From a virus (taxonomy: Duplodnaviria > Caudoviricetes), in the IMG/VR virus record IMGVR_UViG_2721755846_000003, positions 18,856 to 82,855 of that record: a DNA stretch of 64,000 nt. One strand, written 5' to 3'. Both the position numbers and the translations under genes were made by a program. This document shows positions 8,517 through 18,518 of this stretch, in pieces (the stretch's first letter is position 1; each line of letters starts with the position of its first letter). A model generated the notes under the pieces. That model was not told the origin of the DNA. It did no database searches and saw only the letters and a list, made by a program, of their open reading frames with translations.

Positions 8517-9758
8517 CTACTCCTTCTTACGGCGGGAGACGGCCCACAGAGACATCGCTACAAGAGCGGATTCCAACAGAGTCGGGGACTCGTTCCGCCC
8601 CGCCTTCGCGAGCTGTCTCCACAGGCCCTCACTCGGATCGTCAGTGCCGGGCACGTAGGGAAGGGCAGCAGGGTCCGGAAGCCCTTGGAACTCCTTTGCG
8701 GCGAGGGGGCTCGGAGGGGTGCTGCGCAGGATGGTGAGCTGCGACTCAGCGTTGGTCGGGCTCAGCAGTACGCGGGTCTCCCAGGCGCATCCCACCCGGG
8801 CGATCCCCAATTGCCCATCGCGCGGCGACAGCCCCGTGAGCAGCCACTGCACTGTGGCGGTGCACCAGACGTGTTCGCCGATCCGGTATGCGCTCACGTC
8901 GCTGACGACGCCTAGCTGAGCGTGGGGCGTCCCGATCCAGCCCCTGGCAAACATGCGCTCAGCGGGGCGTTCACTGCCGTCCGCGTTGACAGCCGGCCAG
9001 ATCGAGCCTGCAAAGCGAGGAACGTTGAAGTGCCCCCAGTCGTCCGTGTCGAACGCCCACTTGGCCGCCGCCTCCTGCGCGATGGTCGACGCCGCATCGG
9101 GAGTCCCCAACCGATCCAGCACCGCGGCCTCGTCCACCTCGGTGGACTGGGTGAACTGGGCGACGACCGGGTCGAGGGAGGTGTAGTGCTTGAACCGATC
9201 CCCCAGCCCGTGGAGGTCTCTGACCATAGGCGGGTCGTACGCCGAGCCGTCGCCGAAGTCGTCGGTGTTCTTGCTGACGAAGTACACCGTCTCATCAGGG
9301 TGCTCGTGCGCGTACTCGACAGCGGTCAGCCATATCGCGGCATCCCGGGAACCGGTCTTCACCGGCTTGTTCACGCCCTTCACCTCCAGCCGCTTGCACG
9401 GCGCGAGGACGTTCGCCTCCCGGAAGGCAGCCTCTTGCAGTACCGCCGCGCTCGGTGGCAGCACCTCCACGATGGCAGCGAAGGCATCCCGCCAGTGCTG
9501 GCGCACCTCCTCCGACTTGGGGGCCGGCAACTGCGTGGTGATGGGCCAGGGCGTGTTGTCGCGCAATGCCTGGACGGCCGCCCGCGCGGCGTCGTACTTC
9601 TCCTTGTACTTAATCGCCCGTTGCGCGGCGAGTTCCTCCATCACCACCCACGGGACGGCGACGCCTTGAACACCCGTCGCACGGATGGTCTTGAGCAGGT
9701 CGACGCTCGCATTGTCGGGGGAGACACCCCACAGCATGTTCGTGTCCAAGATGATCAA
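8517..9758 (-). CDS. PIN-domain protein (moron)
   Basis: IILDTNML, VMEEL, RDAAIW, SKNTDDF acidic PIN motifs; probable TTG start after GGAG. Confidence 0.8.
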   Translation of the reverse strand: MIILDTNMLWGVSPDNASVDLLKTIRATGVQGVAVPWVVMEELAAQRAIKYKEKYDAARAAVQALRDNTPWPITTQLPAPKSEEVRQHWRDAFAAIVEVLPPSAAVLQEAAFREANVLAPCKRLEVKGVNKPVKTGSRDAAIWLTAVEYAHEHPDETVYFVSKNTDDFGDGSAYDPPMVRDLHGLGDRFKHYTSLDPVVAQFTQSTEVDEAAVLDRLGTPDAASTIAQEAAAKWAFDTDDWGHFNVPRFAGSIWPAVNADGSERPAERMFARGWIGTPHAQLGVVSDVSAYRIGEHVWCTATVQWLLTGLSPRDGQLGIARVGCAWETRVLLSPTNAESQLTILRSTPPSPLAAKEFQGLPDPAALPYVPGTDDPSEGLWRQLAKAGRNESPTLLESALVAMSLWAVSRRKKE

Positions 9759-9839
9759 AGCGGACGGCTCCAGCTCTCCAGGGCGGCAATGTGCGCACAG
9801 CATTCCAAACCGGAGAGCCTGCCCGAAAGCCGATTCAGC

Positions 9840-10037
9840 TCACCGAGCGGACACGGGCCGGTCCAGCAACGCGGCCGGGACGAACGACACGTCGACCAAC
9901 GTGCCCGCCTCGTCATAGATCAGCAGGTCCAGGCCGCCGCCCTCGGCGGGCACCTCCACCAGGGCCAGCGGCGGCCCCTCCAGGGCCTCCCAGCGCGCCG
10001 CCAGGACGTCCCGGTCTATCTCACCGTTACCGGACAT
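9840..10037 (-). CDS. Small hypothetical protein
   Basis: 65 aa ORF with plausible composition between moron genes. Confidence 0.35.
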   Translation of the reverse strand: MSGNGEIDRDVLAARWEALEGPPLALVEVPAEGGGLDLLIYDEAGTLVDVSFVPAALLDRPVSAR

Positions 10038-10140
10038 GCATTCACGGTAGAGGCGGGTACAGGGGCGCGGCAGAGGCCTGTGGGAGCACTCCCTGGGTGT
10101 GAGGGGTGCCGGTTAACGAAACGGTGCGTCTGCGCGCTCG

Positions 10141-10629
10141 TCAGATGACGGGGGGCGGCTGGGGTGGTTGGGCCTGCCCGCCGGCGTTCGTTGACGTCCG
10201 CGTTGCCCCTGCCACGGCCGTCATGTCGTCCGAGTCGCTGCGCCCGAGAATGAAGATCTTGGCGAGGGCGAGCAGGCTCGGGCCGCACAGGAGAGTGGAC
10301 AGCCACCAGGACTCCGGAGCCACGTATACGCCGCCCCCAAGCATCCCCAGCGCAACCACCGTTCCGCCGATGAGCTCTCCCATGTGCCTGATGTGGGCCC
10401 GCCGGTGCTGGCGCTCCTCATACTGGCGCTGCGCCAACTCGCGCTGCATCCCCAGTCGCATCAGTCGCTCACGGTGTTCTCGACGTAGTGAGGGCTCCAT
10501 GGCGGTCATCGCAGCCGCCAGGTGAGCTGCGTCGAGCTCTTTCCACTGCATGGCGACCTGCATGGCCGCGGACACAATAGGGTCCTCATCAGGCGTCCAC
10601 TCGGCGGGGAGTTGGTCTTCCCTGTTCAC
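10141..10629 (-). CDS. Two-TM membrane protein (moron)
   Basis: Charged helix then two hydrophobic segments; GTG overlaps upstream stop. Confidence 0.7.
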   Translation of the reverse strand: MNREDQLPAEWTPDEDPIVSAAMQVAMQWKELDAAHLAAAMTAMEPSLRREHRERLMRLGMQRELAQRQYEERQHRRAHIRHMGELIGGTVVALGMLGGGVYVAPESWWLSTLLCGPSLLALAKIFILGRSDSDDMTAVAGATRTSTNAGGQAQPPQPPPVI

Positions 10630-11303
10630 TGCTGGGCTCCTCCGCCGCCGCTTGTCACCGGACTGGCGTCTCCGCTAGCGCCCTCTGGGGGTGGGCCGAG
10701 GCGCAGGAATAGCAGCGCCAAGGTGTGGCTGATCGTGGAGGCCGTCTGCGCGGCCAGAAGCCGCCGCTCGTCGAGAGTCAAGTCCTCAATAGGCTCAAGC
10801 TCGGGCGCATCGGGATCTGCGTCCGGACCTCGTAGAGCAGCCTCCTGGGCAGCGAGGCTCCATTCTTCCCGTGTGACGTCCGGCAAGTGGGGCAGGTGGG
10901 GCAGCCTCCCGCGGTAGGACCGCCTCCACAGCGGCTGGAGGTCCTCCCGTGCGCCCCTCTTCGCGGCCTCTGCGCGGATTTGCCGCCGCCGGAGTTCCCA
11001 CACAGCGCTTTCGTCGGAGGATCCGGGCCAACCATCCTCGCGGGCCACCTCCGCGAGGACGTCGATGTCCTCTACGTCCCGCTCAGGGCGCCTAACTTCC
11101 TTACGGATGTCTTTCTCGTCTCCGTCTCCCCAAGCGGGCACGCTCTCGTCTGGTGACTTGGGGATCCGGACGTCGGTTTGGGCCCTGCCCTCCGGGCCGT
11201 CGATGTAGCGATACCGCTCGATCTTCACTTCTTTGCCACGGAGCTTTGCCCAACCACGCAGGACCAGCTCCCGACCCCTGTTCCGGAACGACACCGCGCT
11301 CAC
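10626..11303 (-). CDS. Hypothetical protein (moron)
   Basis: Charged ORF coupled to 10141..10629; start uncertain (GTG 11303 chosen). Confidence 0.5.
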   Translation of the reverse strand: MSAVSFRNRGRELVLRGWAKLRGKEVKIERYRYIDGPEGRAQTDVRIPKSPDESVPAWGDGDEKDIRKEVRRPERDVEDIDVLAEVAREDGWPGSSDESAVWELRRRQIRAEAAKRGAREDLQPLWRRSYRGRLPHLPHLPDVTREEWSLAAQEAALRGPDADPDAPELEPIEDLTLDERRLLAAQTASTISHTLALLFLRLGPPPEGASGDASPVTSGGGGAQQ

Positions 11304-11605
11304 CCCCCCGGGCCACGGCTCACGGCGGACCAACACCGTATCGGAGCATTCCCCGGAGGGCACGGGTTCAAGGGCGAAGGGCGCCGGCGGGCAGGGCGTG
11401 TACGCCTGCGCCGCCCGGGCACTGCATCGGCACTTCCGCCGGCGCCCACCTGTCCCCGCTCGGAACCTGGCCCACGCTACCAGCCCCCTGTGATCGAACT
11501 CCCCGGCCTGACCTGCGCGTTCGCCCCCACAGGGGCACTCCGCGGCGTGGCCTATCATGCTCCGCCGACCGAAACCGGAAGCACACGTTCCGCCAGGGGG
11601 CGACC

Positions 11606-11947
11606 TTGCTTGACCTCACCCACCTCGCCCTGCTCGGGCTGGCCGGCTACCGCGGCACACAGCTCGCCGTCCACGACACCATCCTCGATCCGGCCCGTGA
11701 CCGGATCTTCGCGTGGCACGAGCGCCGCCAGGACTCCACCACGCGCACCGCCGCCGTCACCCTCATCTCCTGCGTCTACTGCATGGGCTGGTGGGTGTCC
11801 GGGGCACTGCTCGCCACCTACCTCCTGGCCGCTGGCGCGTTCGACCAGGACCCCCTGGTCGTCCACGGCGTGGAGTGGCTGGCCGTCGCCGGCCTGGCCG
11901 TCCTGCTCAACGGCCTGGACGACATGCTGGGCCGGGTGCACGCATGA
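11606..11947 (+). CDS. DUF1360-like membrane protein with CxxC
   Basis: LAGYRGTQLAVHDTILDPAR...LISCVYCMGWW; TTG after AGGGGG; overlaps portal start. Confidence 0.75.
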   Translation: MLDLTHLALLGLAGYRGTQLAVHDTILDPARDRIFAWHERRQDSTTRTAAVTLISCVYCMGWWVSGALLATYLLAAGAFDQDPLVVHGVEWLAVAGLAVLLNGLDDMLGRVHA

Positions 11948-13728
11948 CCGCCCGTACCCGCCCGCGCGGTGAACTCACCGCCTCCGCCGCCCGCTACACC
12001 GCCCGCCGCCTGCGCACCAAGCCCGTCGACGGCTCATGGCAAGAGCGGGCGTGGCTGTTCTACGACGAGACGCCAGAGGTCCGGTTCGCCGCCCGCTGGT
12101 ACTCCAACGCCATGGGCCGGGCCCTGCTGTTCGCCGGCCGCCGGGACGAGAAGGGCAAGGTGGTGCCGCTCCCGGCCGGACACCGCGCCGCCGAACTGGT
12201 CGCCGAGATCGCCGGCGGCCCGGACGGCCAGGCGCAGCTCCTGGGAGGCTTCGGCCCCCACCTGACCATCGCGGGCGAGGGGTGGATCATCGTCCGCCCG
12301 AAGGAGGACAGCCGCGGCAACGCCCTGGGCGCGGACTGGCGTGTGCTGTCCACCCAGGAGGTCAAGCAGCAGGGCACCAAGCTGGTGGCCGAGATCGACG
12401 GGGAGGAGGTGGCCATCCCCGGGGCGGAGGACGAGAACGCCCCCCTGGACACCGAGGACCCGGTCGCCATCCGCGTGTGGGAGAGCCACCCCCGCCGCCA
12501 CCTGGAGGCCGACAGCGCCGTACGGTCCGCCCTCGGCCTGCTGGAGGAACTCAAGCTTCTCAACGCCGCCGTGGCCGCCATCGCCCGCTCCCGGCTCACC
12601 GGCCGCGGCATCGTGCTCGTGCCCCAGGGCACCAAGTTCCCCACCACCCCCAACCAGGGCGACGAGGAAGACGACCTGATCGATGTCCTGATGACGGTCG
12701 CCGAGACCGCCTACAAGGAACCCGACAGCGCCGCCGCGACGGTCCCGATCATCCTGGAAGTCCCCGCCGACCAGATCCCCAACATCAAGCGCCTGACGTT
12801 CGAGAGCGACTTCGACACCCTCGCCATCCAGTTGCGCGAGGAGGCCATCCGCCGCTTCGCCAACGGCCTGGAAGTCCCGGCGGAGATCCTCCTCGGCCAG
12901 GGCGACATCAACCACTGGGGACAGTGGGCGCTCAAGGACGAGGCCATCACCCTCGGGGTGGAACCCAAACTCGCCACCGTCACCCACGCCCTGACGACCC
13001 AGTACCTCCAGCCGCTCCTGGAGGCCGAGGACGTCGCGGACGCCCTGGACTGCCTGGTCTGGTACGACACGAGCCCCCTGCGCGTACGCACCAACCGCGC
13101 GGAAACCGCCCTCAAGGTCCACGAGGCAGGCGCCATCTCGGACGCCGCGCTGCGCCGGGAGACCGGGTTCACCGACACGGACGCCCCCACCGAGGAGGAG
13201 CGCCGCCGCCGACAGGGCGAGCAGGCACCGGACGGCCAGCAGCAGAACCAGCAGCTGCCGGTGGACGAGTCCAACGCCGAGCCCGAGCAGCCCACCACCG
13301 ACCCCGCCGAGCAGGGCCCAGGCGACCAGACCGCCGCCACCGTGCCGGTGGACGTCGCCGCCCTGCGGTACCAGACGGTCCTGGCCGCCATCGACGGCGT
13401 GATCCACAACGCCATGTGCATGGTCGGCGAGAAGATCCGCGTCAAGCCAGCCTGCCCCCGCAGCGAGCGGGGCCGGTCCCGGGAGATCGCACCCGGGGAG
13501 CTACACACCCACTTCCCCGTCTCGGACGAGCAGGTCGACCAGTGGCACCTACTCATCGGCGCCTGGGACCGCGTCCCGGAGATGGCCCAGCGGTACGGGT
13601 TCGAGGCGGAATGCCTCATCGACACCCTGGACAACTACGCCCGCGCCCTGATCGCCGCCCGCATGAAGCACACCTATGAGGAGACCGTGCGCCTGCTGCG
13701 GTCCTCCTGCCTGCGGCTGGCGGCATGA
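11944..13728 (+). CDS. Portal protein
   Basis: WQERAWLFYDETPEVRFAARW, GEGW, LREEAIRRFA, NHWGQW as in actinophage portals; follows terL. Confidence 0.82.
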   Translation: MTARTRPRGELTASAARYTARRLRTKPVDGSWQERAWLFYDETPEVRFAARWYSNAMGRALLFAGRRDEKGKVVPLPAGHRAAELVAEIAGGPDGQAQLLGGFGPHLTIAGEGWIIVRPKEDSRGNALGADWRVLSTQEVKQQGTKLVAEIDGEEVAIPGAEDENAPLDTEDPVAIRVWESHPRRHLEADSAVRSALGLLEELKLLNAAVAAIARSRLTGRGIVLVPQGTKFPTTPNQGDEEDDLIDVLMTVAETAYKEPDSAAATVPIILEVPADQIPNIKRLTFESDFDTLAIQLREEAIRRFANGLEVPAEILLGQGDINHWGQWALKDEAITLGVEPKLATVTHALTTQYLQPLLEAEDVADALDCLVWYDTSPLRVRTNRAETALKVHEAGAISDAALRRETGFTDTDAPTEEERRRRQGEQAPDGQQQNQQLPVDESNAEPEQPTTDPAEQGPGDQTAATVPVDVAALRYQTVLAAIDGVIHNAMCMVGEKIRVKPACPRSERGRSREIAPGELHTHFPVSDEQVDQWHLLIGAWDRVPEMAQRYGFEAECLIDTLDNYARALIAARMKHTYEETVRLLRSSCLRLAA

Positions 13729-13937
13729 CCACCCCGCCACGCCCGCCGACCGAGCCGCGCCCGGCCGAGGTCAGCGCCTCGGCGGCCAACGTCACCGCCG
13801 AATGGTGCAGCAGCTGCAAGGCGTACACGCTCCTGGCCGGGGAGATCGTCCTGCTCACCCAGGACGGCGTGGCCACGGTCGGCTACTGGGCGTGGTGCGA
13901 GACCTGCGACCCCCCGGAGGTATCCCGTGTCGGCTGA
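13725..13937 (+). CDS. Small CxxC-CxxC zinc-ribbon protein
   Basis: WCSSCK...WCETCD; ATGA overlap. Confidence 0.6.
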   Translation: MTTPPRPPTEPRPAEVSASAANVTAEWCSSCKAYTLLAGEIVLLTQDGVATVGYWAWCETCDPPEVSRVG

Positions 13938-14154
13938 CCACTGCCCGGACCACGTGGAGCGCCTGGACCTGTGCCCCCAGTGCCAGGGCCTGACCGTCAC
14001 CGGCATGACCCGCCTGACCGGCGTCACCGACGTCCGCATCGACGGCCCGGCCGGCTCCCTCAAGCTCAACGGCCCCGTGGTCATGTACCTGGGCCCCGTG
14101 GAGCCGTGCCCGAACAGGGCGGCCCTCGAGGAAGGAGCTGCCCGCGATGTGTAA
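13927..14154 (+). CDS. Small Cys-containing hypothetical protein
   Basis: GGAGG SD, GTG start, CPQC. Confidence 0.55.
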   Translation: MSADHCPDHVERLDLCPQCQGLTVTGMTRLTGVTDVRIDGPAGSLKLNGPVVMYLGPVEPCPNRAALEEGAARDV

Positions 14155-14530
14155 CCCGCCCGAGCCCGCCACCGAGCACACCCCGGAGCTGTGGGGGCAC
14201 TCCGCCTCCGCCCACCGCGTACACGGCTGGTGCGCGGACTGCCCAGGCCACGACCTGGCAGAAGAGACGGTGGCCTGGCGCGTACGGGAGAACCGCCGCC
14301 ACGACGCCGAGCAGGCCGCGCTGGCCGCCTCCGCCGCCAACCGCAACACCGTGGACCTGGCCGCCACCCATGACCACCTGTGCCCCGTGTGCGGCCAGGA
14401 GGCCCTGACCGTCGTCCGCGTCGCCCTGGTCGGCGACAGCGGAGAGCAGCGCCCGGCCGGCGGGTGGGCCCACTGCACCGCCTGCGACGCAACACCCCAC
14501 CCCACGCTGGAGGAGCCCGACCGTGGCTGA
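14147..14530 (+). CDS. Cys/His-rich zinc-binding protein
   Basis: HRVHGWCADC, CPVC...CTAC; AAGGAG SD. Confidence 0.6.
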   Translation: MCNPPEPATEHTPELWGHSASAHRVHGWCADCPGHDLAEETVAWRVRENRRHDAEQAALAASAANRNTVDLAATHDHLCPVCGQEALTVVRVALVGDSGEQRPAGGWAHCTACDATPHPTLEEPDRG

Positions 14531-14753
14531 CACCACCGAGACCACCCCCAACGGGAGGCCCCCGGAGCGCACCGCGCCGCCCGGACACAGCCTGATCGCC
14601 CACCAAGTGCACGGGTGGTGCAGCAAGTGCCCGGACGTGGAGCTGTGGGAGGAGCTGCTGGCCTGGCGCCAGCGCGAGCGCGCCCGCGTGGACGACGCGC
14701 CGTTCACGGACCGCGCCCCGGAGCCGTCCCCGGAGGTGACGCGCCATGGATGA
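14523..14753 (+). CDS. Small His/Cys protein, paralog of the 14147 N-terminus
   Basis: AHQVHGWCSKCP..LWEELLAWRQRE; GGAGGAG SD. Confidence 0.6.
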   Translation: MADTTETTPNGRPPERTAPPGHSLIAHQVHGWCSKCPDVELWEELLAWRQRERARVDDAPFTDRAPEPSPEVTRHG

Positions 14754-17700
14754 GCTGGAGGAGGCCCTGGCCGCGGCCGAGGAGGACGTAGCGGCCGAAG
14801 TACGAGCTGTACTGGAGGAGGTGGCGGAGGAGTTCGCCGCCGCCCTCGATGGCGCCACGGAGCTGGTGGCCGCCCGGTTCTCCGTCTCCCGTATCGGGGC
14901 GATGTTCCGCCAGCGGGTGCCGCGCCTCGTGCGCCGCCTCCTGGGCGTCACCGAGCAGGCCGCCGAGTCTGCGGCCGGCCAGGTGGACGCGGAGCTGCCG
15001 GACGGGTGGGACGACCTGCCCGGCCGCCAGGACCGCGGCGAGGAACTCCCCGACGGCATCGGCCAGTACGTCGACAGCACGGAACACCTGCTGCGCGCCG
15101 TGGGCGACCGCCTCGCCGAGGTGGCCGTGCGCGAGCTCGCCGCCGGCGTGGAGGCAGGGGAGGACCTGGAGGCCCTGCGCGCCCGCCTGCTCGCCGTGTT
15201 CGCCCGCGAGGGGGCGCAGCTCGGGGAGGGCCGGGAAGCGCTGATCTCGACCACCGAGGCGGCCCGCGCCTGGAACACCGCCACCCTGGCCGCCGCCCAG
15301 GCCCTCACCGGCCCGGACCGGCCGATCGTCAAGCAGTGGCAGACCCGCCGCGACACCAAGGTGCGAGACGCCCACCATGACGTGGACGGGTTCGTGCGCC
15401 TCCTCGACGACGCGTTCGAGGTGGCCGGCGTCGACATGCAGCACCCCGGCGACCCGAGCGCACCCCCGGCCCTGGTGTGCAACTGCCGGTGCATCCTGCG
15501 CCTCCAACACGCCCCGGACCGCAGCGCCTCCGCCCTTGTAATCCCAGTCGCCGGACCGAGTGACGCTTTCGAAACCACGGCGGCGGCCACCGAGCACACC
15601 GGTGCCATGATCGCCCTCGTCCCCAGCGCCGCCGACGTGGAGCGCCTGGCCCTCGACAACGGAGAGCCCGCGGAGGAGCTGCACTGCACCCTGTGGTTCC
15701 TCGGCACCGCCGCCGACTGGACCGAGGACCAGCGCAACGAGCTGATCGCAGGCGTCCGCGCCCGGGCCACCAGCCTGGCCGGTCCCGTGCGGGCGGTGTC
15801 GTTCGGCGTCAACCACTGGAACCCGTCCAGCCCAGACCCCGCCTGGGTGTGGGCCATCGGCGACGACGCCGACGCAGGCGACGAGGACCCGACCCTGCAC
15901 GAGGCGCGCGCCGTCGCCCAGGACGCCCTGGAGGACGGCCATAACAACCCGGACCTGCCCCGCCAGCACACCCCTTGGGTCGCCCACACAACCGCTGCCT
16001 ACACCACGGAGACCTGGCCCTTGGAGGCCATGGCCGACCGCCTGGGCCCGCTCACCTTCGACCGTATCCGCGTCGCGTTCGCCGGCGAGGTCACGGACAT
16101 CCCACTCGGCCCCGAGGAGGAGCCACCCATGGACAACCCCACCGACGAGGCCCTGACGGCCGCGCTGCCGGTCCGCACCTGGAGCACACCGGACGGCGCC
16201 GCCCTGGCCTACGAGAACACCGAGACCGGCGACGGCCGGATCTTCGCCCCCGGCGCCCTGTACTGGGAGAGCGGCCCCTGGCCCCTCCAGTACGCGGAGG
16301 AGATGGGCATGGGCCACGACGGCGCCGAACTCGCGGGCGCCATCGAGAAGTACGGCCGCGACGGGGACCGCATCACCGGCAACGGCGTCCTCTACCTCTC
16401 CCAGCGCGCCGGATACGACGCCGTGACCCTGCTGGAGCAGGAGGCCCCCCTCGGCGTCAGCGTGGACCTGGACAGCGTCGACGTGGAGTTCGTGGACAAG
16501 ACGCTCACGGAGGACGAGGACGGTTTCCTGGTGCTCGCGGCCTCCCTGCCGTACGCCAGCGTGCTGCGCCTGGCTGACGGCGGCTGGCTCATCAGCGCCG
16601 CCACCGCCGTGGAAGCCACCGCGGCCGGGACCGCCCTGACGCGCCGCCAGCACCTGGCCCAGATCATCACCGGCCCGGACGGACGGCTGCCCGCCAAGGC
16701 CCTGGCCGCATTCGACGGCACCAGCCTTCCCAAGCTCACCGCCGCCGCAGGCGACCCGGATGATGAGGACGGCGTGGTCCTCCACTCCGAGCAGGCCGGG
16801 GACTTCCTCATCCGCATCACCAAGGCCCGCGTGCGCGGCGCGACGCTGGTGTCCATGCCCGCCTACGACCAGGCGCGCATCATCCTGGACCCGCCCGAGA
16901 CCAGCGAGGACGCCATCGCCTCGCTGAACGCCGCCATCACGGCCGCCGCGTCCGCCCCGGGGGAGACCCGCCAGCGCGTCATCCGCTACGTGCGCACCTG
17001 CCCGGACCCCGTGGGCGCCGGCGAGGTCGCCAAGGCCTTGGGTATCACCGTGGAGACCGCCCGCAAGCACCTGCGCGCCGCCTTCAAGGACGGCCACCTG
17101 GTGCGCCTCGCCGCCGGCCTGTACGTCGGCGCCTCCACCATCCCGGAGGGCCCGCCGCCCACCACCACCGACGCCATGGCCGCCGCGGTGGTCGACGCCG
17201 AGGACGCGGCCCTGACGGAGCTGGTGGCCTCCGCCTGGACCGCCATGCGCGACCTGCCGCCCATGCCCGCCGCCTGGTTCGCGGAGCCCACCGACGAGGA
17301 ACTCCCTCCCGGCAGCGGCGGCGTGCACTACGCCGACGGCCGGATCTACGGATGGGTGGCCCAGAGCGGCGAGCCGCACGCAGGGTTCGCCAACCGGCGC
17401 GTGACGATCGAGTCCCTGGGGGAGATCGACACCAGCCACTTCCTGCGCGCCCGCTTCAAGTTGGACAACGGGCAGACCGTCAAGGCCGGCGCCTTCACGA
17501 TGAACGCCCCCCACAGCCGGGACGGCGCGGAGTGCAACGACGTGGCCTGCCAGTTCGACGACTCAAGGACGGTCGCCGGCATCGTCACCGTGGGCATGAA
17601 CGAGCGCGGCATGTGGTTCTCGGGCGCAGCCGCGCCGTGGCTGTCCGACTGGGACCGCACCGTGTTCATGGGGTGCCAGCCCAGCTATCACATGAAGAAG

Positions 17701-18108
17701 GGCCCGGGCGGCCGGTGGGAGCTGCGCGCGGTGCTGTCCGTCCCGGTGCCCGGCCACTCCTCGCCGCTGCTCGCCTCCGTCGTGGAGCGCGGCAACCTCG
17801 CCCTGGCCGCCAGCGCGGCCGCCGTCCTGGACACCTCAGCGGACACCGTGCTGGACATGTCCGCGGACACGTCCGGACACCTAGCCGTCCTGTCCGCGGG
17901 CACCCTGGCTGACCTGCCTGGACAGCGTCCGGACACGAGCGGCCGACACGTCCCGGACACCCCGGCCGCCCTGCTCACCGACCCGGCGTTCCTTGACGGC
18001 CTGTCCGCCGCGCTGGCCCGCCGGGACACCGAACGGCGCGCGGAGGTGGAGGCCATGGCGGCCGCCGTCCTCGCGCCCACCACCACCCACCCGAAGGGGG
18101 ACGCGTAA
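14746..18108 (+). CDS. MuF-like minor head / 2H phosphoesterase / capsid-maturation-protease-like fusion
   Basis: KQWQTRRDTKVRDAH...HPGDP...CNCRC (MuF); LHCTLWFLG and WVAHTTAAY (2H pair); ETGDGRIFAPGAL...GVSVDLD (protease-like). Confidence 0.75.
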   Translation: MDELEEALAAAEEDVAAEVRAVLEEVAEEFAAALDGATELVAARFSVSRIGAMFRQRVPRLVRRLLGVTEQAAESAAGQVDAELPDGWDDLPGRQDRGEELPDGIGQYVDSTEHLLRAVGDRLAEVAVRELAAGVEAGEDLEALRARLLAVFAREGAQLGEGREALISTTEAARAWNTATLAAAQALTGPDRPIVKQWQTRRDTKVRDAHHDVDGFVRLLDDAFEVAGVDMQHPGDPSAPPALVCNCRCILRLQHAPDRSASALVIPVAGPSDAFETTAAATEHTGAMIALVPSAADVERLALDNGEPAEELHCTLWFLGTAADWTEDQRNELIAGVRARATSLAGPVRAVSFGVNHWNPSSPDPAWVWAIGDDADAGDEDPTLHEARAVAQDALEDGHNNPDLPRQHTPWVAHTTAAYTTETWPLEAMADRLGPLTFDRIRVAFAGEVTDIPLGPEEEPPMDNPTDEALTAALPVRTWSTPDGAALAYENTETGDGRIFAPGALYWESGPWPLQYAEEMGMGHDGAELAGAIEKYGRDGDRITGNGVLYLSQRAGYDAVTLLEQEAPLGVSVDLDSVDVEFVDKTLTEDEDGFLVLAASLPYASVLRLADGGWLISAATAVEATAAGTALTRRQHLAQIITGPDGRLPAKALAAFDGTSLPKLTAAAGDPDDEDGVVLHSEQAGDFLIRITKARVRGATLVSMPAYDQARIILDPPETSEDAIASLNAAITAAASAPGETRQRVIRYVRTCPDPVGAGEVAKALGITVETARKHLRAAFKDGHLVRLAAGLYVGASTIPEGPPPTTTDAMAAAVVDAEDAALTELVASAWTAMRDLPPMPAAWFAEPTDEELPPGSGGVHYADGRIYGWVAQSGEPHAGFANRRVTIESLGEIDTSHFLRARFKLDNGQTVKAGAFTMNAPHSRDGAECNDVACQFDDSRTVAGIVTVGMNERGMWFSGAAAPWLSDWDRTVFMGCQPSYHMKKGPGGRWELRAVLSVPVPGHSSPLLASVVERGNLALAASAAAVLDTSADTVLDMSADTSGHLAVLSAGTLADLPGQRPDTSGRHVPDTPAALLTDPAFLDGLSAALARRDTERRAEVEAMAAAVLAPTTTHPKGDA
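17822..17960 (+). repeat. GGACA/TGTCC iteron cluster with CTGACCTGC core, copy A (inside CDS 3' end)
   Basis: About 8 GGACA(C) units; homologous to the reverse complement of 49071..49210. Confidence 0.7.
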
Positions 18109-18110
18109 CC

Positions 18111-18485
18111 ATGGGATGCGCCTGCAACCAGCGAGGCCGTACACAGTTCGAGGTGACCATGGAGGCCGGCCGCGGCCGCGTCGCCTTCACCAGCGGCAGC
18201 AAGCCGACCGCCACCACCGTGGCCGGCCGCTACCAGGGCAGCGCCGTACGCATCAAGGGCACCGACGAACTGGTGCACCACACCGAGGCGTACGAGGTGG
18301 CCAAGGACGGCGGCAAGGGCGCCGTGGTGTTCGCCCACTCAGACCAGGCCCAGGCCGTCGCCCACGCCCAGACCCTGGAGGGCTCGGTGGTCCGGGAGGC
18401 CGAGAGCGGCACGATCATCCACCCCGGCCCGGCCAACCTCACCAAGGCCGAACAGGCCGACGTCACCCCTGCGGGTACTGTCTGA
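18111..18485 (+). CDS. Hypothetical protein, N-terminal CxC
   Basis: MGCACN start after AAGGGGG; coding-like codon usage. Confidence 0.7.
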   Translation: MGCACNQRGRTQFEVTMEAGRGRVAFTSGSKPTATTVAGRYQGSAVRIKGTDELVHHTEAYEVAKDGGKGAVVFAHSDQAQAVAHAQTLEGSVVREAESGTIIHPGPANLTKAEQADVTPAGTV

Positions 18486-18518
18486 CCTGCGCGGGCGCCC
18501 GTACGTTCGACCACGAGT

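Noticed and set aside
11521-11603. Long-range anti-SD (TCGCCCCC / GGGGGCGA) around TATCAT before the portal operon
   Set aside because: Only 8 bp in GC-rich DNA with a competing local hairpin; could be chance
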